In this document: positions 56,482 to 64,000 of the stretch, piece after piece
How positions within the stretch are numbered: position 1 is the stretch's first letter
Layout: every line of letters starts with the position of its first letter
Assembly (NCBI GenBank): GCA_964537035.1
Contig: CAZIAK010000004.1
Coordinates: 81,871 to 145,870 of the forward strand
Reading direction: 5' to 3'
Source of the DNA: an uncultured Phycisphaerales bacterium
GTDB taxonomy: Bacteria; Planctomycetota; B15-G4
DNA length: 64,000 nucleotides
Notes under the pieces: generated by a model
The model's input: the letters and a program-made list of their open reading frames with translations, nothing else
Told to the model about the DNA's origin: nothing
The model's database searches: none
Program-made: the position numbers and the translations under genes

Positions 56482-56581
56482 GGGCGTGCCTGTTTCTCAG
56501 CAGGGGGGTCTGAAGCGAGTGTGGAGGCCCTGCCGACCCTGTCTGAGCGAAAGGCCCCCCTGCTGAGAAACAGGCACGCCC
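56482..56581. repeat. long-stem hairpin element, copy B (26-27 bp perfect inverted repeat, 46-nt loop)
   Basis: Arm 56483..56508 (ggcgtgcctgtttctcagcagggggg) is the exact reverse complement of 56555..56580. The loop is tctgaagcgagtgtggaggccctgccgaccctgtctgagcgaaagg. Confidence 0.9.
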
Positions 56582-56663
56582 GGCACATCGCAGACAAGGC
56601 GAGCTGCGGCCCAGGCCAGACCTCACCCTTGATCAGCGCCGCCCCTCGTGGGACACAAGACAG

Positions 56664-57131
56664 ATGACCTCTCTCATCACTGAAGCCACACCTGCCTTTG
56701 CCGACACCAAGTGTGGCGGCTGCACCGCGCTCTGCTGCAACTACTTCGCCCTCGAGATCGACGGGCCAGACGAGCCCGAAGACTTCGAGAACATGCGCTG
56801 GTACATCCTGCATCAGGGCGTGCAGATCTTCGTCGACGACGACGTGTGGTATCTGAACATCGAGCGCCGCTGCACCTGGCTGGTGGGCAACCAGTGCGGC
56901 AACTACGAGAAGCGCCCGACCATCTGCCGCGAATACACCGACGTGGGCTGCGAGAAGGACGAGCCCGAGAGCGACCTGCTGTTCAGGAACATCGAAGAGC
57001 TGGAGGCCTACCGGGACACGTGGGTCGCCGACTACGAGGCCAAGCGAGCCAAGAAGGCCGCCAAGAAGGAGGCCAAGCGGGCTGCGAAGAAGGCGGCCAA
57101 GATCGCCAAGCTGAACAAGAAGAACCGCTAG
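56664..57131 (+). CDS. YkgJ-family (CxxCxxCC) cysteine-cluster protein with Lys/Ala-rich basic tail
   Basis: KCGGCTALCCNYF and CGNYEKRPTICREY. C-terminal AKRAKKAAKKEAKRAAKKAAKIAKLNKKNR. Confidence 0.7.
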   Translation: MTSLITEATPAFADTKCGGCTALCCNYFALEIDGPDEPEDFENMRWYILHQGVQIFVDDDVWYLNIERRCTWLVGNQCGNYEKRPTICREYTDVGCEKDEPESDLLFRNIEELEAYRDTWVADYEAKRAKKAAKKEAKRAAKKAAKIAKLNKKNR

Positions 57132-57340
57132 GAGTCCTTGCGTCCTCGGCTCTCGGCTCCTGTGCGCCGTTGAAGGCCCCGCGGTCCGCGACTCCAGCTG
57201 CTCTGCCGTCTCTGGGACGAAGGAGCCCAGGTGCCCGTCCGAGAGCCAGACCCTCGACGGCCCTCAGCACGAGAGCCCGTCGTGACCACCGGCGAACAAA
57301 CCCTGGTCAGGCCACGGTCGCCGGTCTCTCCACCCGCGAG

Positions 57341-57439
57341 GGCGTCCCTGTTTCTCAGCAGGGGGGTCTGCAGCGAGTGTGGAGGCAAAGCCGACCCTGT
57401 CCGAGCGAAACGGCCCCCCTGGTGAGAAACAGGGACGCC
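57341..57439. repeat. long-stem hairpin element, copy C (26-bp inverted repeat with 1 mismatch, 47-nt loop)
   Basis: Arm 57341..57366 (ggcgtccctgtttctcagcagggggg) pairs with 57414..57439 (cccccctggtgagaaacagggacgcc). The loop is tctgcagcgagtgtggaggcaaagccgaccctgtccgagcgaaacgg. Flanks are shared with copy B (gagggcgt... and ...acgcccggcacatcg). Confidence 0.9.
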
Positions 57440-57486
57440 CGGCACATCGTGAAGACCGCGGTCTGTGGCGCCGACTCCCGGCTCGC

Positions 57487-59256
57487 TCAGTCGTCGAGCA
57501 CGTTCAGCGCCCACTGTTCCAGGTCGCGGAGCTCGACCAGGGCCTCGTCGATGTGCGCTTCCAGGGCGGTGCGCTCGGGAGAGCGACGGTGGGTGGGCTC
57601 GAAGTCCTCGATGGACAGCACCGCCTCCCGATACCAGTAGCTCCAGGCCACCAGGATCGAGCGCTCGCGGTCAGAGACCAGCGCCCGTCGGGTGGGGTCG
57701 TCTGCCACCGTGTCCAGGTAGGCCACCGCATTGCGGGCTTCTGCCTCCAGCCGCACCCGGGCCGCGCTCATCACGATGGCCAGCACCTCTTCGGCCCGCT
57801 CGTAGCCTGCCTGGGCGAAGTGGTGCACCAACGCCAGGGTGGCCAGGCTCACATTGGCCAGCTCGTCCGCGCTCACCTCTGCCAGACGATCGAGGTTGGT
57901 GTGGTAGTAGGGGTCGGTGAAGTGCCACATGAGCACGGCCGGGATGCCCCGCTCAAGGAACGACACGTGATCGCTGCCCCCCTCGAAGGGGTTGCTGCGC
58001 ACGGGCCAGCCCGTCTCGGCCTTGCGCGCGTCCATGGCCGCCATGACGTAGTCGTTGGCGAAGGAGCCCTTGAGGTCGCTCTGGCGTACGTCTCCCCGGC
58101 CCCACTCAGAGTGGACGTCGAGGGGCGGGCGGTCCCAGATGGCACCCGGGTCGGGCATGCGTTCGACCAATGGCACCGCACCATTGGTTCGGGGGTCTTG
58201 TCCCACCATGTCGATGATCACGGCCAGATCGACCGCATCAGAGGTCGCCCGCAACCACTCTCGGGAGCACTCGAACTCCATGCCCACCAAGAACGTGATC
58301 GAGCGGCGAGGGCGAGGCAGACGGTCTTCGCGAATCGCCCTCAGGTAGCCCGCAGCCATGGCCACGGTGCTGGCGGCACCGGAGGCGTTGTCGTTCGCTC
58401 CAGGCTCATCGATGTGGGACACCAGGGCGATGGTGCCGGCCTGGGGGTCCGAGCCAGCGATGCGGGCTACCAAGGTGCGTGAGCGGGACTCGCTGAAACG
58501 TGAGTTGATCAAGACCTTCACGTAGACCATGCCCCCGCCCAGAAGCCGCTCGAGCACGTCTCGCTTGGCAGCGGACACGTTCATGCCGAAGCCCTTGCGC
58601 TCGGCGTCGTACGGCACCGACGAATAGCGGATCGAATCCCGGTAGGTCTCCGCCTCGTTGTAGGCGGGCAGGAACGACGAGATCACACCCAGCGCGCCGC
58701 CCTGCTGGACCGCCCGCACGAAGAGGGTCTCGGCGGGCAGGGAGCCGTAGACCACCGTCCCGGCATAGCTCTCTACCGGCTTGCTGTGCTCGAACTCGAC
58801 CAGGGGGGCCAACACACCCTCGGGCCGGGTGGGGAACGAGTTGCCGCACAAGAACGTGCGCTCGAGCCCTGCCTCGGAGTCGAACGAGTGCAGCACCCCC
58901 ACATCGGGAGAATAGACCGAGAGGGAGGCGTTGAAGGGCGTCCAGGAGGGTTCGACCGGCCCGAAGTCGTGCAGCTCGACCGTGTCGCCGCCGTCGCCCG
59001 AGGCGGTGTCAAAGCCTGACTCCTGGAGCTTCGAGTAGAGGGCATCGAGACTGCGGATGTAGCCCTGGTTGCCACGCATGCGGTAGTGGGGGTCGAGGGC
59101 GGCGACCAAGGCCAGCGCTTCATCCTGGTCGAAACACTGCTGAACCTGCGTCAGCGCGTCTGCGAGGGTCGAGCCATCCCCTGGGCTTGCGGCGACCCGG
59201 GTCACCAGACCGAGGGACACGACGAACGCCAGGCTCACTTTGCCGAAGAACTTCAC
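57487..59256 (-). CDS. secreted M28-family peptidase-like protein
   Basis: Track ORF trimmed to GTG 59256, preceded by GGGAGG with an 8-nt spacer. Signal peptide VKFFGKVSLAFVVSLGLVTRVAA. ALVSHIDEPGANDNASGAASTVAMAAG and FLVGMEFECSREWL. Confidence 0.7.
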   Translation of the reverse strand: MKFFGKVSLAFVVSLGLVTRVAASPGDGSTLADALTQVQQCFDQDEALALVAALDPHYRMRGNQGYIRSLDALYSKLQESGFDTASGDGGDTVELHDFGPVEPSWTPFNASLSVYSPDVGVLHSFDSEAGLERTFLCGNSFPTRPEGVLAPLVEFEHSKPVESYAGTVVYGSLPAETLFVRAVQQGGALGVISSFLPAYNEAETYRDSIRYSSVPYDAERKGFGMNVSAAKRDVLERLLGGGMVYVKVLINSRFSESRSRTLVARIAGSDPQAGTIALVSHIDEPGANDNASGAASTVAMAAGYLRAIREDRLPRPRRSITFLVGMEFECSREWLRATSDAVDLAVIIDMVGQDPRTNGAVPLVERMPDPGAIWDRPPLDVHSEWGRGDVRQSDLKGSFANDYVMAAMDARKAETGWPVRSNPFEGGSDHVSFLERGIPAVLMWHFTDPYYHTNLDRLAEVSADELANVSLATLALVHHFAQAGYERAEEVLAIVMSAARVRLEAEARNAVAYLDTVADDPTRRALVSDRERSILVAWSYWYREAVLSIEDFEPTHRRSPERTALEAHIDEALVELRDLEQWALNVLDD

Positions 59257-59461
59257 GTCTGAAACCTCCCATACCATCGCTGTCAGGCTGGCCACAGCGT
59301 AACGCCCGAGATGGACCGTGGCGGCAGCGAGTCGAGAAACCGACGATACCCCTCCCGACCCTGTGACCGGAATATGATCCTGGCAAGGTCATCAGGGAGC
59401 CTCCTCTGAAACGAGGGCCCCCGGGGCCTCCCCCATCACCGAGACACCCTGCGAGAGACCT

Positions 59462-59878
59462 GTGCACGAGCGCATCCTGGCCATTGACTACGGTCGAGTG
59501 AGACACGGGCTGGCTGTCTCGGACGGGCTGGGCATGGCCAGCCATCCCCTGGCGGCCCTGCAGCGCAAGAACCCGGCCCAGGATCTACGGCACCTCTCGC
59601 GGGTCATCGACGACCGGGACATCCGCCGCATCGTGCTGGGCCTGCCTCTCAACATGGACGGCAGCGAAGGCCCCATGTCGAAAGAGGTGCGCAAGTTTGG
59701 CGACCTCCTGGGCGCTGAGCTGTCCCTGCCCGTGGACTACGAGGACGAGCGGCTCAGCACCGACGAAGCAGAATCGCTGCTCATGGACCGTGGCCTGCGC
59801 CCCAGCGAACGGCGCCGTCTGCGGGATTCCCTGGCCGCCGCGGTCATCCTCCAGACGCTGCTGGACCGGGAAGGGTGA
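59462..59878 (+). CDS. ruvX: Holliday-junction resolvase-like YqgF/RuvX
   Basis: GTG start. ILAIDYGRVRHGLAVSD, VLGLPLNMDGSEGP and DERLSTDEAE. Confidence 0.85.
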   Translation: MHERILAIDYGRVRHGLAVSDGLGMASHPLAALQRKNPAQDLRHLSRVIDDRDIRRIVLGLPLNMDGSEGPMSKEVRKFGDLLGAELSLPVDYEDERLSTDEAESLLMDRGLRPSERRRLRDSLAAAVILQTLLDREG

Positions 59879-59926
59879 GGGCAGCAGAGCGGCCGGGCAG
59901 GAAAAGCGAGCCCGGTGTGCTGCCCC

Positions 59927-60154
59927 TCAGCCGTTGACGCTCTTGAGGTAGCGTCGCCCCACGGCCCAACTGACCATGGCCAGGCCCAGGACGGCCATCA
60001 AGAAATGGGGAGGCGCCGACAACATCGGCGCAGCCTCGCTCGATCCCGCTCCGAAGAGGTCCAGGCTGCTCGTGGCAGCGAAGACAGGGACGCCGAAGGT
60101 GCCTATCAGGACGAGGCGTAGGAGGCCAAGCCTGGACCGCTGGGTGGTGGTCAC
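59927..60154 (-). CDS. possible small secreted/membrane protein (75 aa)
   Basis: In frame with track ORF 59927..60370. From GTG 60154 it reads VTTTQRSRLGLLRLVLIGTFGVPVFAATSSLDLFGAGSSEAAPMLSAPPHFLMAVLGLAMVSWAVGRRYLKSVNG. That is an N-terminal signal-like helix plus a C-terminal hydrophobic helix followed by basic residues. No convincing RBS. Confidence 0.25.
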   Translation of the reverse strand: MTTTQRSRLGLLRLVLIGTFGVPVFAATSSLDLFGAGSSEAAPMLSAPPHFLMAVLGLAMVSWAVGRRYLKSVNG

Positions 60155-60456
60155 GGTGCAGAGTCTCGTGTGGTGCCCGGTTGTGCGTCTAGGTGTGGGT
60201 ACTGAGGCCTTGCGAGAACCACACCGGGGGTCGCGGTGTCCTCCAGGGCCCTGACGGACGTTATCCCGGTTCTCCACAATCGTCAACCCGCTGGACTGGT
60301 CAGATGCTGCAGACATCGCTCGGTGATCCCATGGCCTTGTGGAACTGACCATCGGCTGCGAGCGGCCCATCGCTGAAGGCCTGTCCGAGGCGAGTTGAGT
60401 TCTCCCTCAAACGGGGGCTAGCCAGCCTCTTGCGCCCGCTCAACGTCTGAAGAAGA

Positions 60457-60862
60457 GGGATCCCGAGTCGCCCGTAAGCCGGGTTCTGTGACCAGCCCCC
60501 GAAGGGGCCGGCGATGACCATGTCTCTGGGGCCGCCGTTGCCGACGGCCTCGAACGCTCTACCCGGAGGTTCTAGCGACGCGGGCAGCGTCATCCCTCCC
60601 TATATGAACTTTCTCCCGGTGAGGTTTACCTAGCCGAGGTGATCAACCACCCCGCTGGTGCGCTCTTACCGCACCCTTTCAGCCTTACCCCGGCGCCGCT
60701 TGCGCGACCCCGTGGCGGTCTACTCTCTGTTGCACTTGCTCTGGCCTTGCGGCCGGTGGGCGTTACCCACCACCGTGCCCTGTGGAGCCCGGACTTTCCT
60801 CCACCCGGCCCTGCCCCGAGGGGCAGGGATGAGCAGCGGCCACCCTGGCGGCTCGAGATCCC
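60457..60862 (-). ncRNA. rnpB: RNase P RNA, bacterial type A
   Basis: The minus strand contains GGAGGAAAGUCCGGGCUCCACAGGGCA (CR-I), GGUAAGGCUGAAAGGGUGCGGUAAGAGCGCACC, GGUAAACCUCACC and ACAGAACCCGGCUUAC (CR-V). The 5' GGGAUCUCGAGCCGCC pairs with the 3' GGGCGACUCGGGAUCCC to form P1. Ends are approximate to within a few nt. Confidence 0.92.
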
Positions 60863-61042
60863 AAGATGTCAAAGGTCGGTGGGCGCGCAAGCTGGGTTTG
60901 ACCCGGCTGTGAGTGAAGATGCCAGCGGCAGCCCGCGGATATCATAACCTCGGCGCCTCGGGCGCGCCCGTTGCGGGCTGGCTCCCGACCCCAGCACCTC
61001 TCTCGCCGCGCTGCACTCACCCTCACCGACCTCGGGTCCACC

Positions 61043-61657
61043 ATGGAATTCGTCTACGTCACCAAGCGCTACGAGCTGTTCGACCTGTCGTTTCCCCATG
61101 GCTTCGTGGCGGCGGCCCAAGACGATCGCATCGCCACCTGGACCCAGCGCATCAGCGAACGGGGCTTCTTCGTCGAGCGGACCTGGGCCGAGCAGGACAG
61201 CTCGTTCAAGCAGATCATCCCCTACACGGTGATGGTCCACGGGGACGACGTGCTGTTGCTGCAGCGCAAGAAGGCCGGGGGCGAGGCCCGGCTGCACGGC
61301 AAGCTCTCCATCGGCGTGGGCGGGCACATCAACCCGGTCGATGGGGTCGAAGGAGCCTCCGTGGTCGAAGAGGGCTGTCGGCGAGAGCTCAATGAAGAGC
61401 TGTGTATCGACACGGCCTATGGGCTGGAGGCCAAGGGCGCCATCAACGACGAGTCTGGCGACGTGGGCTCGGTGCACTTCGGACTGGTCTACGTGGCCCG
61501 CTGCGAGACCGCCGACGTGGCCATTCGTGAAACCGACGTCCTCTCCGGGTCATTCGTGTCTCGCGACGCGCTGAAGCGCCTGGCGGCCACAGAGGGCGAG
61601 CGCTTCGAGACCTGGTCGTCGCTCATCATCGACTGCCTCGACGACCTGCTGGGCTGA
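61043..61657 (+). CDS. NUDIX hydrolase
   Basis: Track ORF trimmed to ATG 61043 (MEFVYVTKRY..). Nudix box GGHINPVDGVEGASVVEEGCRRELNEELCI. Confidence 0.75.
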   Translation: MEFVYVTKRYELFDLSFPHGFVAAAQDDRIATWTQRISERGFFVERTWAEQDSSFKQIIPYTVMVHGDDVLLLQRKKAGGEARLHGKLSIGVGGHINPVDGVEGASVVEEGCRRELNEELCIDTAYGLEAKGAINDESGDVGSVHFGLVYVARCETADVAIRETDVLSGSFVSRDALKRLAATEGERFETWSSLIIDCLDDLLG

Positions 61658-61669
61658 CACCGGCGCACC

Positions 61670-62947
61670 ATGGAACCCGTCTGGCACCTCACGGTCGATG
61701 GCACGCCCGCCCCGCTCCCTGATCAGCCCGGGGGCGAAGGCTTCATCCACGCCTCGTTCCCCCAGCAGCTGGCGGGCACCCTGGCCAAGCACTTCGCAGG
61801 TGCTGAGCAGGTGGTGTTGCTGCGCCTCGACCCCCAGACCCTGGGCGACGCCCTCGTGCTCGAGCCTTCCCGGGACGATCAGCTGTTTCCCCATGTCTAC
61901 CGAGCCATCGCAGCAAGGGACGTGATCGAGCGGCGGCAGCTGTCCCTGGGTGCTGACGGGCACTTCGACCTGTCAGGCATCGTGGGGGCGGTCGAGGGCA
62001 GCCCGGGACACGTGCCCTTCCTGCCCCTGGGATTGGTCAGCGTAGAGCGGCCCTGGGGCGGCACCCGCATCGCCCGGCGCTTCGGTTGGGACAGCACGAA
62101 GCCCCACGGCGAATGGTGGTTGCTGAGCTGCCATCCCCGCGCGGTGACGCCTGTGCGCGGCGGGCCGTCCCTGGCCGAGTGGGTCGACGGACCCGGGCAG
62201 GCCCTGGGGCTGCCGTCTGCCGCTGACTTCCCCCTGCTGCTCAAGTTTCTCGACGCCGACCAAGACCTGTCGGTGCAGGTTCATCCCAACGATGAAGTGG
62301 CACGACGGCATGGCCTGCACAACGGCAAGACCGAGGCCTGGCACATCCTGGGTGCTGCGGACGACGCCTGGCTGGCCATGGGCACCGCCGACACGGTGAA
62401 CGCCAACGATCTCGTGGAGGCCGTGGCTGGACATGCCGGGGACATGAGCATTCTCAACTGCCTCTCCCGTCACCCGGCCCGGGCAGGTGACACCTGGCTC
62501 GTCGAAGCGGGGACCGTGCACGCCCTCGGCGCCGGCATCGGTTGCTTCGAGGTGCAGCAGAACTCCGACATCACGCACCGCATCTACGACTGGAACCGCG
62601 AACCCACCCGAGAGCTGCACCTCGACCGGGCCCGGGAGGCCGCCATCGACGGGGCCCGGGGACGACTGGTCAGCGACGATACCGTTGGCGAGCTTGCCGG
62701 TAGCGACGGCTGGACCACGTTGCTCGATGAGCCTGCGTTTCGCCTGGCCCGCAGCCGGCCTGCCAACGCCGTGCAGCTGGCGCCGCGTGGTCGCTTCGCC
62801 AGCCTCACCGTGCTGGCCGGCGCAGGCAAGATCACGGCGGGTCCGGTCTCGGCCGACCTCTCGCCGGGGGACACCTTGCTGGTGTTTGAAGACGTGTCCG
62901 TGACAGGCCACGGCCTCGACCTGCTGGTGACCGAGCCCGGCGCCTGA
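61670..62947 (+). CDS. DUF952-like domain fused to class I mannose-6-phosphate isomerase (cupin)
   Basis: N-terminal ~100 aa: GEGFIHASFPQQL...VVLLRLDP...LFPHVYRAI, a DUF952-like pattern. The remainder is PMI type I: ERPWGG, FPLLLKFLDADQDLSVQVHPND, GKTEAWHIL, GTVHALGAG. Confidence 0.7.
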   Translation: MEPVWHLTVDGTPAPLPDQPGGEGFIHASFPQQLAGTLAKHFAGAEQVVLLRLDPQTLGDALVLEPSRDDQLFPHVYRAIAARDVIERRQLSLGADGHFDLSGIVGAVEGSPGHVPFLPLGLVSVERPWGGTRIARRFGWDSTKPHGEWWLLSCHPRAVTPVRGGPSLAEWVDGPGQALGLPSAADFPLLLKFLDADQDLSVQVHPNDEVARRHGLHNGKTEAWHILGAADDAWLAMGTADTVNANDLVEAVAGHAGDMSILNCLSRHPARAGDTWLVEAGTVHALGAGIGCFEVQQNSDITHRIYDWNREPTRELHLDRAREAAIDGARGRLVSDDTVGELAGSDGWTTLLDEPAFRLARSRPANAVQLAPRGRFASLTVLAGAGKITAGPVSADLSPGDTLLVFEDVSVTGHGLDLLVTEPGA

Positions 62948-63038
62948 CAGCTCTCCCCTGGGAAGTTTCGCGTGCGGCGCACGTCGAAGCACAGCCACGG
63001 AGCATTTCGTCGGCAGCCCTGACCGGGAGACCTCTCTC

Positions 63039-64000
63039 ATGCAGACCAGGTGGCACGGCTTCACCCTGATCGAGTTGCTCATCGTCGTCATCGTGATCTC
63101 TGTGATCTCGGCCATCGGCATCCCCCGCCTGCTGTCCCGGCTGAACCCGGCCGAAGAGTTCTCAACTGCGGCTGAGCTTTCGTTCGCGGAGACCAGCAAC
63201 GAAGAAGAAGCGGTCAGACCTCGGGGCGTGTTGCCCGTGATTGACGGCGCGCAAATCGAAGTTCAGCTGCAAGCACAGACACAACGGGTCGGCATGAAGG
63301 TGGTGAATCGCTACCGCGCCGAGGTTGAAGGCACGCTGGCGGTCGACGCGACCGCTCCGAACGGCGCACTCACGCGCATCGAGGTGCCGTTTCCCGAGTC
63401 GCTCAGCGAGGTCGTCGAGTTCTCTGTCATGCTGCACGGGCGGGGACGTGACGGCGCTCCAGAACCGGGCGAACTTGAGCTGCGTCAAGACGGGTTTCAG
63501 TGGGTCGGTGATCTCTCGTCAAGCCCCGGCGAAGAGGGAGGCCACGACGAACCGCTGCGTGTGCAGTTTGGATATGTGGTCCGGGGCGAAGATCGCTTCA
63601 CCCTGGCGCTGCCTCCCGCCCAACAGCTGCGCCAAGTCGACGTCAACGTTCACATCGCGGGCCTCCCGGGAAGCTCTGCCAGTGAGGGTTCGCTCACCCC
63701 TACCGCGCAGTCCGACGAGGACCTGCGCTGGGCGTTCAAGAACCTCGTCAGCAGCCGACCCATCGAGGTGCTCTTCCCCGGAACCGAGAGCCCCTTGGGC
63801 CAGGCCATGCGTCTGTTTCAGCTCGCCGGGTTGGCCCTGCTGCTCTTCGGCGCGGGCTTCTGGTACCTGGGCGAGCTGTACAACCCCGGCCGCCTCGACA
63901 GCTTTCGCTGGGGACACTTCTTGCTCCTCGCCGTGACCTACGTGTTCTTCTTCGTGGTCCTGGCCGTGTTCGGCTACCGGGGCTGGCAGCCTACGGAGTC
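63039..64000 (+). CDS. protein with prepilin-type N-terminal cleavage/methylation signal and C-terminal hydrophobic segments; 3' end beyond the window
   Basis: Absent from the ORF track because it runs off the window. ATG 63039 gives MQTRWHG|FTLIELLIVVIVISVISAIGIP, the canonical G-FTLIE motif with Glu at +5. I read an open frame to position 64000. It ends with AMRLFQLAGLALLLFGAGFWYLG and WGHFLLLAVTYVFFFVVLAVFGY. Confidence 0.7.
   Translation, partial: MQTRWHGFTLIELLIVVIVISVISAIGIPRLLSRLNPAEEFSTAAELSFAETSNEEEAVRPRGVLPVIDGAQIEVQLQAQTQRVGMKVVNRYRAEVEGTLAVDATAPNGALTRIEVPFPESLSEVVEFSVMLHGRGRDGAPEPGELELRQDGFQWVGDLSSSPGEEGGHDEPLRVQFGYVVRGEDRFTLALPPAQQLRQVDVNVHIAGLPGSSASEGSLTPTAQSDEDLRWAFKNLVSSRPIEVLFPGTESPLGQAMRLFQLAGLALLLFGAGFWYLGELYNPGRLDSFRWGHFLLLAVTYVFFFVVLAVFGYRGWQPTE

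Noticed and set aside
56482-57439. Hairpin repeats as a CRISPR array or as integron attC sites bracketing a gene cassette
   Set aside because: There are only three dispersed copies (12.4 kb, 56.5 kb, 57.3 kb). The units are ~100 nt with internal perfect palindromes, with no regular repeat-spacer periodicity and no cas genes. For attC, the conserved ends RYYYAAC/GTTRRRY are absent, the conservation pattern is inverted (centre conserved, ends variable) and no intI gene is present.
60300-61477. Track ORFs 60300..60593 (-), 60639..60947 (+), 60658..60912 (+), 60763..61044 (-) and 60869..61477 (-)
   Set aside because: They overlap the RNase P RNA gene (60457..60862), or are antisense to the NUDIX gene. 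The RNase P conserved regions explain the sequence.

Overview
High-GC bacterial chromosome segment. The envelope looks diderm: LptE-like and BamD-like lipoproteins, a secretin, and many Sec or lipoprotein signal peptides. The phylum cannot be determined from the sequence alone. I support about 45 protein genes, one tRNA-Thr(CGU), one RNase P RNA and three copies of a long-stem hairpin element.

Most of the window is housekeeping: korAB-type 2-oxoacid:ferredoxin oxidoreductase, rsmG, rpsO-pnp, queC, Fe-SOD, alr, an msbA-like ABC exporter and ruvX. It also holds a tightly overlapped 10-gene operon: recO, bamD-like, lptE-like, ftsH, folP, ispH, cdaA, cdaR, glmM, tsaB. I recognised no transposase, integrase, reverse transcriptase, cas gene, CRISPR array or phage gene.

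The supplied ORF track reports the longest ATG/GTG/TTG ORF and omits ORFs that run off the window. I therefore trimmed several starts and added two edge-truncated genes, 1..4534 (-) and 63039..64000 (+). Many long track ORFs are antisense GC-frame artefacts.

Best candidates for something new:
1. An operon coupling an orphan lipoprotein secretin (GTGA stop/start overlap) to a Na+/solute symporter that carries an inserted lipoyl/MFP-like domain. It is flanked by a Skp-like periplasmic protein and a secreted TPR/HEAT protein, and may be a trans-envelope uptake module.
2. A family of 26-28 bp perfect-stem hairpin elements with conserved loop motifs and compensatory stem changes. There are three copies, two of them bracketing a ykgJ-family gene.
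3. A CHAT (caspase-like) protease encoded with two beta-propeller proteins and an M28 lipoprotein peptidase.
4. Unusual architectures: PNPase with a second S1 domain, a DUF952-PMI fusion, a prepilin-leader protein with C-terminal transmembrane segments, and a protein of at least 1511 aa that is Gly-rich.

All functional calls come from motif recognition by eye. No database search was run.
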